Of a stretch of 64,000 nucleotides of DNA, positions 1 through 11,565 are shown in pieces. Location: positions 19,778 to 83,777 of the forward strand of contig CAVSGI010000016.1 in the NCBI GenBank assembly GCA_963727445.1, written 5' to 3'. Position numbers and translations under genes: made by a program. This stretch comes from an uncultured delta proteobacterium. Lineage in GTDB: Bacteria; Myxococcota_A; Polyangia; Polyangiales; B10-G4. Position 1 is the first letter of the stretch; the number at the start of each line of letters is the position of its first letter. The notes below the pieces were generated by a model, which was not told the origin of the DNA, ran no database searches, and was given only the letters and a program-made list of their open reading frames with translations.

Positions 1-319
1 CCGCGAAGATGACGGTGCCGGGCCCGACCGCAACGGATTCGTGCACGTACGCCGTTGGATGAATAACGGTCGCGAACTGTGTCTGCAGTGTCGAGGCGAC
101 ACGCTGTCGGGCACGGTTGTCGCCTATCCCGACGATGACCGGCGCCCCCGCACGCTCCGCCTGCGCGATGCCGCCCCGAACCGGGACGCCCAGGACGGCT
201 TGTCCCCATTTGGACCGATCGTCGTCGTAGACGCCGCCGACTTCAAGACCAGCATCGTGGCAGGTCGCGACCACGACAACTGCGTGTCCGCCAGCCCCGA
301 CAACGTTCACCCGTTCCAT
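1..319 (-). CDS. PglD/NeuD-family sugar acetyltransferase (runs off window start)
   Basis: Not in the ORF track. Manual translation from ATG 319 gives MERVNVVGAGGHAVVV...GIGDNRARQRV...TVIHPTAYVHESVAVGPGTVIFA: GAGGH motif plus the start of hexapeptide repeats. Confidence 0.88.
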   Translation of the reverse strand, partial: MERVNVVGAGGHAVVVVATCHDAGLEVGGVYDDDRSKWGQAVLGVPVRGGIAQAERAGAPVIVGIGDNRARQRVASTLQTQFATVIHPTAYVHESVAVGPGTVIFA

Positions 320-369
320 CGCCTCGCACCTTGCCATGGGGGGAGGCCCTTGCAAGACTCCCATGCCTG

Positions 370-1419
370 ATGGCGAGAAAACCCCGAAACCGATCGGCGA
401 GAAGCCTCCGCGAAGCGCTCCCAGCGTGGGTCAACGCGGCGGACCTCCGGGACGCGATCGCCAAACGGCCGACCATCGCTGACTACGAAGAGAAGCTGAA
501 GTCTGCCGACGTCCGAACCGGCGGCGCAACCGAGGCCTTCCGAGAGGCTGACGTCACGACATCGATCGTCTTTCCCCTGCTGAACTGCGAAGCGACACTC
601 GAAGCCGCGCTGGAGAGCGCGCTCCAGCAGGCTGGCCATCCCGAGATCGTCGTGGTCGATGGGGGGTCGTCGGATAGCACGCTGTCGATCGTCGAGCGCT
701 ACCGGCCCCACATTCACCGGTGGCTCAGCGAACCCGACCAGGGCATGTACGACGCGATCAACAAAGGCATCGCGCTCTGCCGCGGCAGAATCGTCCACAT
801 CCTCAACGGGGACGACCTCCTGCCGCTCGACTCCGTGGGTTTGGCGATGGACCACTTCCGTGGGCGATCGGATGACGGCTGCCTCCGGGGGTCGCTCGGT
901 CGCGTCGCGCTGGACGGGACGTACCGAGAGACCTGGACGCAAGCCAATCGCGCGCGATTCGACCCGGAGCACTTCCCGTTCTTGCACCCGTCTTGGTATG
1001 TTCCGCGGGCCGTCTACGAGCGCCACGGACTCTACCTTCCCTACTTCAGGATCGCGGGCGATCACGAATACGCGCTACACCTCTGGGACGATGGGGTGCG
1101 TTTCTCGAGCCTACCCGCTGTGCTGGCTTTGTTCCGTGAGGGCGGGATGTCAATGAGTGCGACTGGTTGGCATGAGGCGCTCGAGACCTGCGCGGTCTAC
1201 CTCGGGCGGCCCCGCGCCGCTGCGCTCTACTCGGAGATGCTCTTCAAGAAGGGCCGCTACGCAGCGGTTTCCCGACTAATTGGACCCGATCGAACGGCGG
1301 CCTTGTGGTCACGACTCAAGGAAATGCGCCCGGCGAGAACCGATGCCCGGTCGAATCCAATCGACGTTCACCACTCGAACCGACGGTCCAGTGTGTCAGA
1401 CACGGTATCGAATCGCTGA
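370..1419 (+). CDS. Glycosyltransferase family 2
   Basis: VVVDGGSSD, SEPDQGMYDAINKG, LNGDD, HPS motifs. Start uncertain (331 or 370). Confidence 0.9.
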   Translation: MARKPRNRSARSLREALPAWVNAADLRDAIAKRPTIADYEEKLKSADVRTGGATEAFREADVTTSIVFPLLNCEATLEAALESALQQAGHPEIVVVDGGSSDSTLSIVERYRPHIHRWLSEPDQGMYDAINKGIALCRGRIVHILNGDDLLPLDSVGLAMDHFRGRSDDGCLRGSLGRVALDGTYRETWTQANRARFDPEHFPFLHPSWYVPRAVYERHGLYLPYFRIAGDHEYALHLWDDGVRFSSLPAVLALFREGGMSMSATGWHEALETCAVYLGRPRAAALYSEMLFKKGRYAAVSRLIGPDRTAALWSRLKEMRPARTDARSNPIDVHHSNRRSSVSDTVSNR

Positions 1420-2681
1420 TCACTACCTGCGAGGTAGGTGTCTCTGGACAGCGTGAGGCCGTCCTCATCATAGTTGAAGACTACTCGCGTCGTTGCCGCG
1501 TCATCGAGAGTTTCCCAGACACCATCGGGTCCCGCGCCTTCGTAGCTTCTTCGTTCGCGGACCAGACCCTCCTGGGTATGTTCGAAGATGGCGTACGCCG
1601 TCCGGAACTCGGCGTCGGCAACCGTTTCTCCGGAGGCGTTGAGCCTGTACTCGTCGGACCGGATGACCACGCCACGGATGTCGCGCGTGATCGCCGTCCA
1701 CCCTTCCGCACGCAAGTCATCATCCGTTCGCCACACGCCATCGGGGCCGGGGCCGCTGAGAGTCACCCGGGCCTCGCTTCCCGAGCCGTAGAAATACCTG
1801 ACGCAGTCGCTGATCGCGCCTTCCGGAGCGACGCGGCAGGAGTATTCGAGGCGATCCCGGTCATCATAGTAGAGGGTTTCCCCGTTCCCCATTTCGTCGT
1901 CGTCCGTTCCGAGTTGGTGATCCGGGCCAGAATTGATGCGACGCGAGGAACGAAGTCCGACGCCATCCCATTCGAGCTCACGCTGGTAGCGGTGCTCGTC
2001 ATCCGCGGTCCTGTAGACGCCGTCCGCCCCCGTCGAATCGATTACGCGCACCCAGACATTGTCGCGAAGGTCGTCGAATGCCCAGTTGCTCTGCATGTTC
2101 TCCGAGTCATCACTGGTGTGCATCACACCGTCGTCGCCCGCATACACATAGGTGGCGCTCCACACATCCTCGTTCTCGTGGAACTCGCCGTCGTACCACT
2201 TGAAAACACCCGACTCGCCAAACTGAATGAACGAGCTCGATAGATGCAGGCGGGTGAAGAAGCGCCCGTCGTACGTGGGGACGACCTCGCCGGCTGCTGA
2301 CTTCACACCATCGACCATGACGTGGTAACGCGCACCCGTCGCGATCGGTCGCACAGGGTCGAGTACGACGCGGACTGCATCGGTGGTGTCGAACTCGACG
2401 GGGATCCGACGCAGCGATTCACGCTCGACCAACCAAATGGTCTCAGGACCGACGGTCGTCGGGTCGTAGGGTTCGCTGAATGTGAGTGTCAGATCCGAAA
2501 GAGGGACGGCGTCAGCGCTCTCCTCCACCGGGTTCGTCAGGCGAACGCTGAGCCCATCGAGAGGCCCCAGGAAGTGGGGATAGTCGGGTTCCGCGTCGAA
2601 GAGGTGGATGGGGTCGCCATGGGCAGCGCAGCCAGAGCCGGCGACGGCCAAGACGAACGGGAGAGCCGTGAGATACCGCAT
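1368..2681 (-). CDS. Lipoprotein with Ig-like (Big_5/SbsA-type) domain and GxDGxxxTxDD repeats
   Basis: Lipobox-like AGSG-C after a hydrophobic stretch; LTFSEPYDP...LDPVRPIATGARYHVMVDGVKSAAG is Ig-like; repeated GPDGVW.T.DD. Confidence 0.65.
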   Translation of the reverse strand: MRYLTALPFVLAVAGSGCAAHGDPIHLFDAEPDYPHFLGPLDGLSVRLTNPVEESADAVPLSDLTLTFSEPYDPTTVGPETIWLVERESLRRIPVEFDTTDAVRVVLDPVRPIATGARYHVMVDGVKSAAGEVVPTYDGRFFTRLHLSSSFIQFGESGVFKWYDGEFHENEDVWSATYVYAGDDGVMHTSDDSENMQSNWAFDDLRDNVWVRVIDSTGADGVYRTADDEHRYQRELEWDGVGLRSSRRINSGPDHQLGTDDDEMGNGETLYYDDRDRLEYSCRVAPEGAISDCVRYFYGSGSEARVTLSGPGPDGVWRTDDDLRAEGWTAITRDIRGVVIRSDEYRLNASGETVADAEFRTAYAIFEHTQEGLVRERRSYEGAGPDGVWETLDDAATTRVVFNYDEDGLTLSRDTYLAGSDQRFDTVSDTLDRRFEW

Positions 2682-2721
2682 ACCCCACAGAATGCCACGA
2701 CCCGGTGGCGCTGACGAGTGG

Positions 2722-3717
2722 TCAGGGAGCGAAGCCGTCGAGCTCGTCCGCTTTCTCGGCGTACCAACGCGTGACCTGGCGCACCCCCTCCACGACCCCC
2801 ATCTTTGGACTGTAGCCGAGCTGGCGCAGCTTCGTGATGTCAGGACACCTCCGTGGCGTCCCCCCAGCGCGCAGCGGGCCATGCTGGAGCTCCACACGCC
2901 GCCCCATGGAGCTGGCGACCAGCTCGGCGAGATGAGCGATGGAGATCTCCTCGTCGGTGCCGACGTGATACAGCGCCTGGTCTCCTCCCGCGTCCATCAC
3001 CCGGAGGGCGCCGTCGACGAAATCATCGATGTGGCAGAAGGCCCGGGTTTCTTCCCCCGTTCCCTGAATGGGGAACGTCACGACCTCCGTTTCGGGAGTC
3101 TCGCGCGTCATCCGGCGCAGGCGCATGGCGAACTCGGGGAGCACGTGCTCGAACCCCATGTCGGGCCCGTAGACGTTGTGGGGCCGGATGATGGCCGTTC
3201 GGAAATTTCCCCGCCCCAGATTCGCGACCAGGATCTCTCCGATGAGCTTGCTGCCGCCGTAGGAGTAGCGGGGATTGAACGGGTCCGGAATGCACATCTG
3301 TACGGACTCGGACGTCGGAACCGTCGGCGGCGTCTGGTAGACCTCGCTGCTCGAGGTAAAGGTGAAGCTCTCGACCTCGGCACTCTGCGCAGCGACGAGC
3401 GCATTGTAGGTGCCGAGCATCCCGACGGTCAGAACCTGGTCGGGGATCTCGTAGAAGTGCTTCGTGCCGTTGATGGCCGCGAGGTGGCAGACGTGACGGA
3501 TGCCCTTCGTCGCTTCGCGAACCGCATCGAGGTCCCGGATGTCCGCCTCGACGAACTCGACCTTTTCGAGGTAGGCGCCGAGCTTGGCGCTGGACCCGCG
3601 AAACGAGTTGTCGAGGACGCGGACGTCTTCGCCCCTATCGACGAGAGCCTTGACGAGGGCGGAGCCGATGAATCCGGCGCCTCCCGTCACGAGGTACTTG
3701 TTAGGCGCCGAGCACAT
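2722..3717 (-). CDS. NAD-dependent nucleotide-sugar epimerase/dehydratase
   Basis: TGGAGFIG, SSSEVY, YGGSK, RPHNVYGP. Confidence 0.92.
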   Translation of the reverse strand: MCSAPNKYLVTGGAGFIGSALVKALVDRGEDVRVLDNSFRGSSAKLGAYLEKVEFVEADIRDLDAVREATKGIRHVCHLAAINGTKHFYEIPDQVLTVGMLGTYNALVAAQSAEVESFTFTSSSEVYQTPPTVPTSESVQMCIPDPFNPRYSYGGSKLIGEILVANLGRGNFRTAIIRPHNVYGPDMGFEHVLPEFAMRLRRMTRETPETEVVTFPIQGTGEETRAFCHIDDFVDGALRVMDAGGDQALYHVGTDEEISIAHLAELVASSMGRRVELQHGPLRAGGTPRRCPDITKLRQLGYSPKMGVVEGVRQVTRWYAEKADELDGFAP

Positions 3718-5030
3718 AGCGCGTCACTCCTTCCTTCAGCTCGCCACCCTTGGGGAGGACGTTCCAACAATCACAGATCAAACCGGGCGAGCTCATGAGC
3801 TGTGAGCGCTCCTCGATGTCGAGTTGTTCGTATCGAGCGTTGTTGTTCATGATGACGACCAAGGAGGCGCCTTCGAACGCGCCTCGGTCGTCGACGGGGA
3901 CGAGACCCAGCTGCTTTGTGTCCTCGGCGGATACGACATGATCCTGGCCACGGAGGGTCGCGTCGGGAAACTCCCGCCGCAGCGCATCGATCATGTCGAG
4001 TGACGGAGAGTTGCGGGTGTCATCGGTATCCGGGCGCCCCTTGAAAGCCAGGCCCATCACCGTGATCGAGGTGGGTGTGCTCTTCGCGGTCGCGAAATGC
4101 CGCTTGGCGACCCCGAGAACGTGTGGGACCAGGCTTTCGTTGACCTCACGAGCCGCCGCGATCAGACGAATCCGGTAGTCCACATCCGTCATGGAGTCCA
4201 TGAGGATGTGAGGATCCTTGTGGAGACAGGGGCCTCCCACGAACCCCGGTCGAGCGATGTTGGTCCTCGCATAGCCAGTGTTCGCGGCCGCGATGACTTC
4301 GTGGGCGTCGAGGCCCAGTCGCTCGGCCATCAGCGCGACCTCGTTGCCAAAGGAGAAGAAGACGTCGCGGAACGAGTTGTCGAGCAACTTGATGATCTCA
4401 GCCGTCTCCAGGGAAGAGACCTCGATGACCGTCGGAGTCAGCGCGCGAAAGAGCTTCATCGCCCGCTCCCCCGCTTCGGGCGTGTGGCCGCCCACGACCT
4501 GCGGGAGCTCGTAGAGCTCGGTGAGGGCGCAGCCCTCGGTGGTTCTCTCCGGACAGAAGGCGAGGTCGTACTGGGTGACCGCTGGCGTCCAGGATGGGCT
4601 TCACGACGTTCTTGGAGGTACCGAGCCGCAGCGTGGATCGGAGCACGACCAGCGCGCCGTCTTTCATGTGTCCAGCGATGTCACGAGAGACGTTCTCCAC
4701 CATCTCCATGCGCGGGCGACCTTCGCCGTCGAGGGGCGTCCCGACCGTGACTACGTAGACGTCGTACTGCGCCTCGGTCGGTATCGTGCGCGAGAAGCGC
4801 AGCTTCCCGGTGCTGAGACCTCGGCGCAGCAGCAGCTCGAGGTTCCGTTCGTAGAAGTGGGCTTTCCCCTTCTCGAGGTCCTCGAGGACGTCTTCTCGAA
4901 TTTCGATGCCGGCGACCTCGAAGCCGCGGTCTGCCATCACCGCGGCCAGGGTCAGGCCGACGTAGCCCATTCCCATGATGCAGATGCGCCGGTCGGCACC
5001 GACAGGACGTGAGAATTGCGACATGTTCAT
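3701..5030 (-). CDS. UDP-sugar dehydrogenase (UDP-Glc/GDP-Man family), one frameshift near 4575
   Basis: GMGYVG in one frame, then (YDLAF)[26 protein letters not shown] in the next; one extra C joins them. Confidence 0.88.
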
Positions 5031-6016
5031 TGCTCCGGGTGTCGGTCCTGGGCCACGGCGGATACGTGTTTGCGTCCGCGCCCTTCGAGGAAGCCTGCAT
5101 AGGTGCGCGCGATCCCGTCGCGGAAGCTGGTGCGAGGGCGCCACCCCAGGTCGGTCAGTCGAGAGACGTCCAGGAGCTTTCGCGGCGTGCCGTCTGGCAT
5201 CGATGCGTCCCACTCGATGGAGCCCTCGTATCCGACGACGTCGGCCACCAACGTGGCGAGCTCCTTGATCGTGATGTCTTGTCCCGTGCCGACGTTCACG
5301 AAGTGCGGGCCTTCGTTCGGTGGCTCGAAGTGGTCCATCAAGTGGAGGCATGCCGCCGCGAGGTCGTCGACGTAGAGAAACTCGCGACGTGGCGTACCCG
5401 AACCCCAGAGAGTGACTTTCCCGTTCTGCGTCTTTGCGTCGTGGAACTTCCGCACCATGCCGGGCAGGACGTGGCTCGACTCCGGATCGAAATTGTCGCC
5501 CGGGCCGTAGAGGTTCGTGGGCATGGCACCGATGAACCGTGTGCCGTATTGCCGATTGAGGCTCTCACAGAGCTTGAGTCCAGCGATCTTGGCGATGGCA
5601 TACGGGAGGTTCGTCGGCTCGAGGGGCCCCGTGAGGAGATGCTCCTCCCGCATGGGCTGCTCGCAGTGCTTGGGGTAGATGCAGGAGCTCCCGAGAAAGA
5701 GGAGCTTCTCCACACCAGCTCTGAAAGCCGCATGAACGACGTTGGTCTGGATCTCCAGGTTCTCGAGGATGAAATCCGCGGGCGCAGAGCGGTTCGCGTG
5801 GATTCCGCCGACCTTCGCCGCCGCGAGAAATACGTAGCGTGGCTTCTCCCGTGCGAAGAAAGCCTCCACGTCGCCTTGGCGGGTGAGGTCGAGCTCCTGG
5901 CGGGTGCGCGTGAGCAGATTGACGAAACCGCTGGCCCTCAGGTGCGACTCGATCGCGGAGCCCACCAGCCCGTGATGGCCGGCAACGAAGGTCACTCCTT
6001 CCCTGTCGATTGTCAT
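5027..6016 (-). CDS. fcl: GDP-L-fucose synthase
   Basis: [58 protein letters not shown]. Confidence 0.96.
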   Translation of the reverse strand: MTIDREGVTFVAGHHGLVGSAIESHLRASGFVNLLTRTRQELDLTRQGDVEAFFAREKPRYVFLAAAKVGGIHANRSAPADFILENLEIQTNVVHAAFRAGVEKLLFLGSSCIYPKHCEQPMREEHLLTGPLEPTNLPYAIAKIAGLKLCESLNRQYGTRFIGAMPTNLYGPGDNFDPESSHVLPGMVRKFHDAKTQNGKVTLWGSGTPRREFLYVDDLAAACLHLMDHFEPPNEGPHFVNVGTGQDITIKELATLVADVVGYEGSIEWDASMPDGTPRKLLDVSRLTDLGWRPRTSFRDGIARTYAGFLEGRGRKHVSAVAQDRHPEQ

Positions 6017-6663
6017 TGCATTTGCCTTTCAGTCACGCCCTCGGCCGTCGTGCCTTCGAAGATGGGCATGGTCGCTTCTCCTGCTGCGGATATTCCGTCT
6101 CGGGCGAGCACCTTGAGACCTGTCATCGCGAGGATCTTCAAGTCGAGTCCCAGGCTCCAGTGGTCCACGTACCACACGTCGTGCGCGAACTTCTCGTCCC
6201 AGCTCAGTCGATTTCGCCCATGCACCTGCGCCCATCCGGTGATTCCCGGCGGAACGTCGTGGCGCCGCATCTGCTCCGTCGAGTAGCGCTCCAGGTACTC
6301 CATGAGAAGGGGTCTCGGGCCCACCAGCGACATGTCGCCACGCAGCACGTTGATGAAGGTGGGCAGCTCGTCGAGGCTCGTGGACCGAAGGAACCGGCCG
6401 AGAAGCGTGAGCCGATTGGCGTCCGAGGCGGGACCCCGTTTCCCGGGGGACTCGGGCTTCATCGTCCGAAACTTCATCAAGACGAAAGGACGCCCGCCCA
6501 GACCGGGTCGCTCCTGCCGGAACAGCACGGGTGAGCCGAGACCGACTCTCACCAGGCCACCGATCCCCACGAGCAAGGGTGCCCCGAATGTGAGTACGGC
6601 CGCCGACGCCGCGACGTCGAGTGTTCGCTTGATGCGACGTTCGAGGGTGCGGTCGTGACGCAT
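6013..6663 (-). CDS. PglC-type initiating phosphoglycosyltransferase (sugar transferase)
   Basis: [39 protein letters not shown]. Confidence 0.93.
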   Translation of the reverse strand: MRHDRTLERRIKRTLDVAASAAVLTFGAPLLVGIGGLVRVGLGSPVLFRQERPGLGGRPFVLMKFRTMKPESPGKRGPASDANRLTLLGRFLRSTSLDELPTFINVLRGDMSLVGPRPLLMEYLERYSTEQMRRHDVPPGITGWAQVHGRNRLSWDEKFAHDVWYVDHWSLGLDLKILAMTGLKVLARDGISAAGEATMPIFEGTTAEGVTERQMQ

Positions 6664-6665
6664 CG

Positions 6666-7812
6666 TCAGGAGGCTCCCGCGCAGCAAGAGCGCACGACCC
6701 GGATCACCCGGCTCATGTCTTCATCCGTCATCGCCGAGCCGGAGGGAAGACACAGGCCACGCTCGAAGAGCATCTCGGCGGTCTGGCCGCCATGGCGCCA
6801 GCTGTCGGCGAATACCGGCTGCATGTGCAGGGGCTTCCACACGGGCCGGGCCTCGATGTTGTCCGCCGCGAGCGCCTCCCGAATATCGTCACGCGAGGCG
6901 CCAAAAGCCTCGGGATCGATCGTGACGCACGTGAGCCAGAACGTGCATCGGCCGTACTCCGCTTCTTCCATGAAGCTCAGTCCCGAGAGACCTCCCAGCG
7001 CATCTCTGTAGTGACGGTTGATCCGTCGGCGCGCCTTGACGCGATCCTCGAGGGAGGCGAGTTGCGCCCGTCCTACTCCGGCCAGGAGATTGCTGAGCCG
7101 ATAGTTGAATCCGATCTTCGAGTGTTGATAGTGAGGCGCCGGATCGCGCGCCTGGGTCGCGAGATGACGCGCGGCTTCGATCGCCTCGGTATCATCCGAG
7201 AGCAGCATGCCGCCGCCAGAGGTCGTGATGATCTTGTTTCCGTTGAAGGAAAGGATGGCAAAGTCGCCGAAGGATCCCGCTGGCGCCCCGCGGTACGTGG
7301 CGCCCAACGACTTCGGCGGCGTCCTCGATGACGACCACGCCGTGCTCGCGAAAGAGAGGCAGCAGGCGGTCGTAGTCGGCGCACTGTCCGTAGATGTCGA
7401 CCACGATCGCAGCTTTGGGGAGCGAGCCCGCGCGCGCAGCATCGGCGAGCGCCTCTGCGATGATGGCCGGGCTCATGTTCCAGCTGCCTGAGTCGCTGTC
7501 GATGAATACCGGCCGCGCCCCCGTGTACGCCACGGCGTTCGCAGAAGCGGCGAAGGTGAGAGTCGAGACCCACACGTCATCGCCTCGCCCCACGCCGGCG
7601 ACGGTGAGCGCCAGATGAAGCGCCGCCGTGCCACTGGACAACGCCAGCCCCGCAGATCGGCCGATCGACGCACACACCTCCGCCTCGAACGCGTCGACGT
7701 GGGGGCCGAGAGGCGCGATCCAGTTCGAATCCAGGGCCTCCTGGAGCATGGAGAGCTCGCCGCCTGTCAGGTGAGGCGGCGACAAGTAGATGCGCGGATT
7801 GTCCGGGTCCAA
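6666..7812 (-). CDS. DegT/DnrJ/EryC1/StrS (PglE-like) sugar aminotransferase, frameshift near 7308
   Basis: RIYLSPPH, SNWIAPLGPHV, SSGTAALHLA, IEDAAE, then SFNGNKIITTSGGG, GFNYRLSN, GLCLPSG. Confidence 0.9.
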
Positions 7813-7820
7813 GGTTCGGC

Positions 7821-9149
7821 CTACGCCCGGACGATGTGGGCTCCGCCGTCTCGGTACACCCCTCGCGTATCCACGATGAGCTTCGCATGCGTCTTCACGA
7901 CGTCGTAGTCGACGGTCGAATGATCCGTGACCACGATCACCGCGTCCTGCGAAGCCAGAGTGGCGGCATCGAGCGGGGTGGATTGCATCGGCGGAAGGTT
8001 GGGCCAGGTCCGCATGCTCGGCGCCGTCGGAATGTGGGGGTCGTGGTAGCTGACGAGGGCGCCGAGATGCAGGAGATGGTCGATCAGCTCGAAGGCGGGG
8101 CTTTCGCGAGGATCGTCGACATCCTTCTTGTAGGCGAGGCCGAGGACGAGGACTTTGGCGTTCTTGACCGATCGCTCCCGCTCGTTCAGTGCCTTGGTCA
8201 GCTTCTCGACCACGTAGCTGGGCATGCGAACGTTCACCTCGCCGGCCAGCTCGATGAAACGGGTCGACAGTCCGAACTCCCGCGCCTTCCATGAGAGATA
8301 GAACGGGTCGACCGGGATGCAATGCCCGCCCCAACCGGGGCCGGGGTTGAAGCGCATGAAGCCGAAGGGCTTCGTTTCCGCGGCGTCGAGCACCTCCCAG
8401 ATGTCGATGCCCATGGCGTCGAAGACGATCTTGAGCTCGTTCACCAACGCGATGTTGACTGAACGGAAGATATTCTCCGTGAGCTTCACCGCCTCGGCGG
8501 TCTGGCTGCTGCTCACGGTCACCGCCTTGTTGATGGCCGCCCGGTAGAGGGCACCCGCGATTTCGGTCGACGCTTCGTCGGTCCCACCGACGACCTTCGG
8601 TATCGTGGCGGTGTCGAAGCTCCGGTTCCCGGGGTCTTCTCGCTCCGGTGAGTAGGCGAGAAAGAAATCCTGCCCGGCGCGAAGGCCGCCGCGTTCCAGC
8701 AGGGGACGCACGACCTCCTCGGTGGTTCCAGGCCACGTAGTCGACTCCATCACCACGATCTGGCCGGGTCGAAGGTGAGGAGCCAACTGGCGGGCGGTGC
8801 TTTCCAGGTAGCTCAGGTCCGGCTCACGCTGCGGGGTCAACGGCGTCGGCACCGCGATCAGGATTGCGTCCGGCTCACCGAGGCGGCTCATGTCCGAGGT
8901 CGCAGCGAAGCGGTCCGACGTGACCATGGTTTCCAAGGCCCCGGCGTTGGTGTGCTGCAAATACATCTCGCCGCGGTCCAGGGCCTCCACCTTCTTGTGG
9001 TCCACGTCGAACCCGAGAATGGAGAATTCCCGCTCGAAGAAGCTGAGGGCGAGGGGGAGGCCAACGTAGCCGAGTCCTACGATGCCTATTTGCGCCCTTC
9101 GCGCGGCGATGGCGTCCAGGAGCTGTTGCTTGTGGTCGGAGGGTGTCAT
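7821..9149 (-). CDS. UDP-N-acetylhexosamine 6-dehydrogenase (WbpA/TviB-like)
   Basis: GLGYVG, ESTTWPGTT, YSPEREDPGN, KLTENIFR, GPGWGGHCIPVDP, GLAYKKDVDDPRESP. Confidence 0.93.
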   Translation of the reverse strand: MTPSDHKQQLLDAIAARRAQIGIVGLGYVGLPLALSFFEREFSILGFDVDHKKVEALDRGEMYLQHTNAGALETMVTSDRFAATSDMSRLGEPDAILIAVPTPLTPQREPDLSYLESTARQLAPHLRPGQIVVMESTTWPGTTEEVVRPLLERGGLRAGQDFFLAYSPEREDPGNRSFDTATIPKVVGGTDEASTEIAGALYRAAINKAVTVSSSQTAEAVKLTENIFRSVNIALVNELKIVFDAMGIDIWEVLDAAETKPFGFMRFNPGPGWGGHCIPVDPFYLSWKAREFGLSTRFIELAGEVNVRMPSYVVEKLTKALNERERSVKNAKVLVLGLAYKKDVDDPRESPAFELIDHLLHLGALVSYHDPHIPTAPSMRTWPNLPPMQSTPLDAATLASQDAVIVVTDHSTVDYDVVKTHAKLIVDTRGVYRDGGAHIVRA

Positions 9150-9170
9150 CTGTCCTAGGGGGCGTCTGGC

Positions 9171-11465
9171 TCAGTGCTTGGCCACGGACGCCTGTGATGG
9201 GGAGTTGGGTGTCGATCCGGGACCACCGGCGTGACCGTCGTCGGACCCGTAGTAGTAGTAGTAGTAGCTGCCCCCGCGGTACGAACGTTCCGACACGTCC
9301 ACACCGTTGAGCACGCCGCCCACGATGTTGGCGCCGACGTCCTTCAGTTGTCGCAGCGCCGAACGAAGGGCGTCCCGGGTCGTGGACCGCGCACGGCTCA
9401 CGATGACCCCGCCGTCGACCTGGGGCGCGATGATCGCGGCATCGGTGACGGCGGACACCGGGGGGCTGTCGAAGATGACCAGGTCGAAGCGCGAGCTCAG
9501 GTCTTCGACCAGCTTCGCAAACTTGGCACCATGAAGGAGCTCCGCTGGGTTGGGCGGGAATCGGACCAGCGACCAGTGCGCTCAAGCCCGGGACTTCGGT
9601 GGGTTGGACGGCTTCGTCGATCTCGGTTTCGCCGACCAGAATCGACGTCACTCCCACGTTGGCGGGAATCCCGAGCGCCTTGTGGACGCGGGGCCGTCGC
9701 AGGTCGGTGTCGACGATGAGGACCCGCTTGCCACTCTGCGCCACCGAAATGGCCAGACTCACCGCGACCGTCGTCTTGCCATCTTGAGGGCCAGGGCTCG
9801 TCACGACCAGGTTTCGAAGCGGACGCTCGGCGCCCATGAACATGATGTTGGTACGGATCGCCCTACAACTCTCGGCCACCGCGGACTGGGGCTGGTCGTG
9901 GACGATCAGATCGGGCCGAGTCGGAGTTGGAAGGTCGGTGGTCGGGCCTCGGCGTTTGCGTCGATCCCGCCTATCGCGCGGGTGCGCACCCGCCGTCTGA
10001 TCGATCTTCGGCAGAACACCGAGAATGGTGATGCCAAGCGCCTCGGCGTCCTCTGCACTCCGCAGTGTACGGTCCATGCGCGTACGAATGAAGGCCGCGA
10101 ATAGGCCGAGCAGAGAGCCGGCTGCGAGACCCAGAGCATGTTGACGCTCAGCCGCGGCGCCACTGGCACCCTCGGCGTGAGCGCGCGATCCACCAGACGA
10201 GCATTCGACACACGAACCAGCTTGGTCAGATTCGTCTCGGCGGTGCGCTCTAGAATCATCTTGTAGAGATTCTCGTTGTTCTCGCGCTCGCGATTGAGAC
10301 GGGTGTACTCGATCTCTCGAAGATTGAGGTCCAGGCCCTGCTCATGGAGTCTCGTCGAGAGACGCGCGAAACCCTGCCTCTTCCGCCCGAACCTCTTGCA
10401 GATCTGCTTCCACGCGGGCGATCAGCCCCTCGATCGTTCGACGCATCTCGTCGGGTGATGCTCTCGAGCTCCTGATCGATGGCCTGCATGGTTGGGTGAT
10501 TCGGGCCGTAACGCTCGGCGTACGAATCTCTTTCAGCCACCTTCTGTCGATAGCGCGTCCGAAGCTCCATCACCGCGGGATCGGTTGCGATGATGCTCGC
10601 CTCGATCTCCATGGGGTCGTCCCGCATGGCGGCCTGGAGCTGAGCGAGTCGCGCAGACAATTCGATCCGCCGCGTCTGGGCCTGTGTGAGGGACTCGTTC
10701 ATCTGTTGGATCGTGCTGGCGATCATGTTCTGACGGTCGGCCAGCGAGAGAGAGAGAACGTTGTGGCTCTCTTTGAACTCGTGAAGCGCTTCCTCCGAAG
10801 TCCGCAGCTCCCCCCGTAGGGTGTCCAGCTGCTCGTTCAGCCAGTCCAGCGCGTCGACCGTCGTCCCCAGCCGATCTTCCATCGTCTTTTCGATGTAGTT
10901 GTCCGCCAGGGTGTTCGAGATGAGCTGGGCCCGCTCGGGATCGTGGTCGCGGAAGCGGATCTCGACGATGCGACTGTCTTCCTCCGGCTTGATGCTCAGG
11001 TTCGATTGGAGTCGTGCCGCCGCCACCTCGGGCGCGACCCCTTCGAAGTCGCCTCGCTCGACCTCGGGCACGCCCATGAAGTCGGCGCTGTTCTGCAAGC
11101 CCAGCTCACGGACCACACGCTCGGCGAGGTTTCGACTCTCGAGGATACGGTTCTGGGTCTCGAAATACTCTTTCGTCGCCCAGAAGCTGCCGATGGGGTC
11201 CGCGACGTCCTGGATTTGTCCGCGCAGTGGGCGGGCAGGGTTTGGGTCGTATTCGATCGTCACAGACCGCTTCGTAGATCTTCGGTTGCTCCAGGGTCCA
11301 GAAGGTCGTGGCGACGACCACCGCGGCCGCAACTCCCCCAATGAGCCACTTCTGCTCCAGGAAGAACGCGAACACCACTCTCGGGTCGAGTGGCAGCCCG
11401 CTTTCGTCCATCAACTGGACGTCATTCCCCTCGGTTTCGCCTCTCATCGACGCCGTCTCGGCCAA
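9171..11465 (-). CDS. wzc: Wzc/GumC-type polysaccharide co-polymerase tyrosine autokinase, several frameshifts
   Basis: Fragments give an N-terminal TM, TQNRILES, RYGPNHP, AESCRAIRTN, Walker A GPQDGKTT, DTDLRRP and a C-terminal Tyr cluster GSYYYYYYG. Confidence 0.9.
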
Positions 11466-11474
11466 AGGTGCCGG

Positions 11475-11503
11475 AACATGAAGGAAAGGGGGGAGGCGGT
11501 CAA
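11475..11503 (-). promoter_or_regulatory. Putative sigma70-type promoter of wzc
   Basis: TTGACC-17 nt-CATGTT on the minus strand, ending about 10 nt before the TTG start. Confidence 0.4.
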
Positions 11504-11565
11504 ATCGACGCCCGGTCTACGTGAGAACCTCACCTCAACGGGGTTGTGCGGGGAGCCACGGACAT

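Noticed and set aside
41..370. 109-aa plus-strand ORF
   Set aside because: Antisense to a clear PglD-like gene.
9249..9266. (TAC)6 tract as a contingency repeat
   Set aside because: It encodes the normal Wzc tyrosine cluster.
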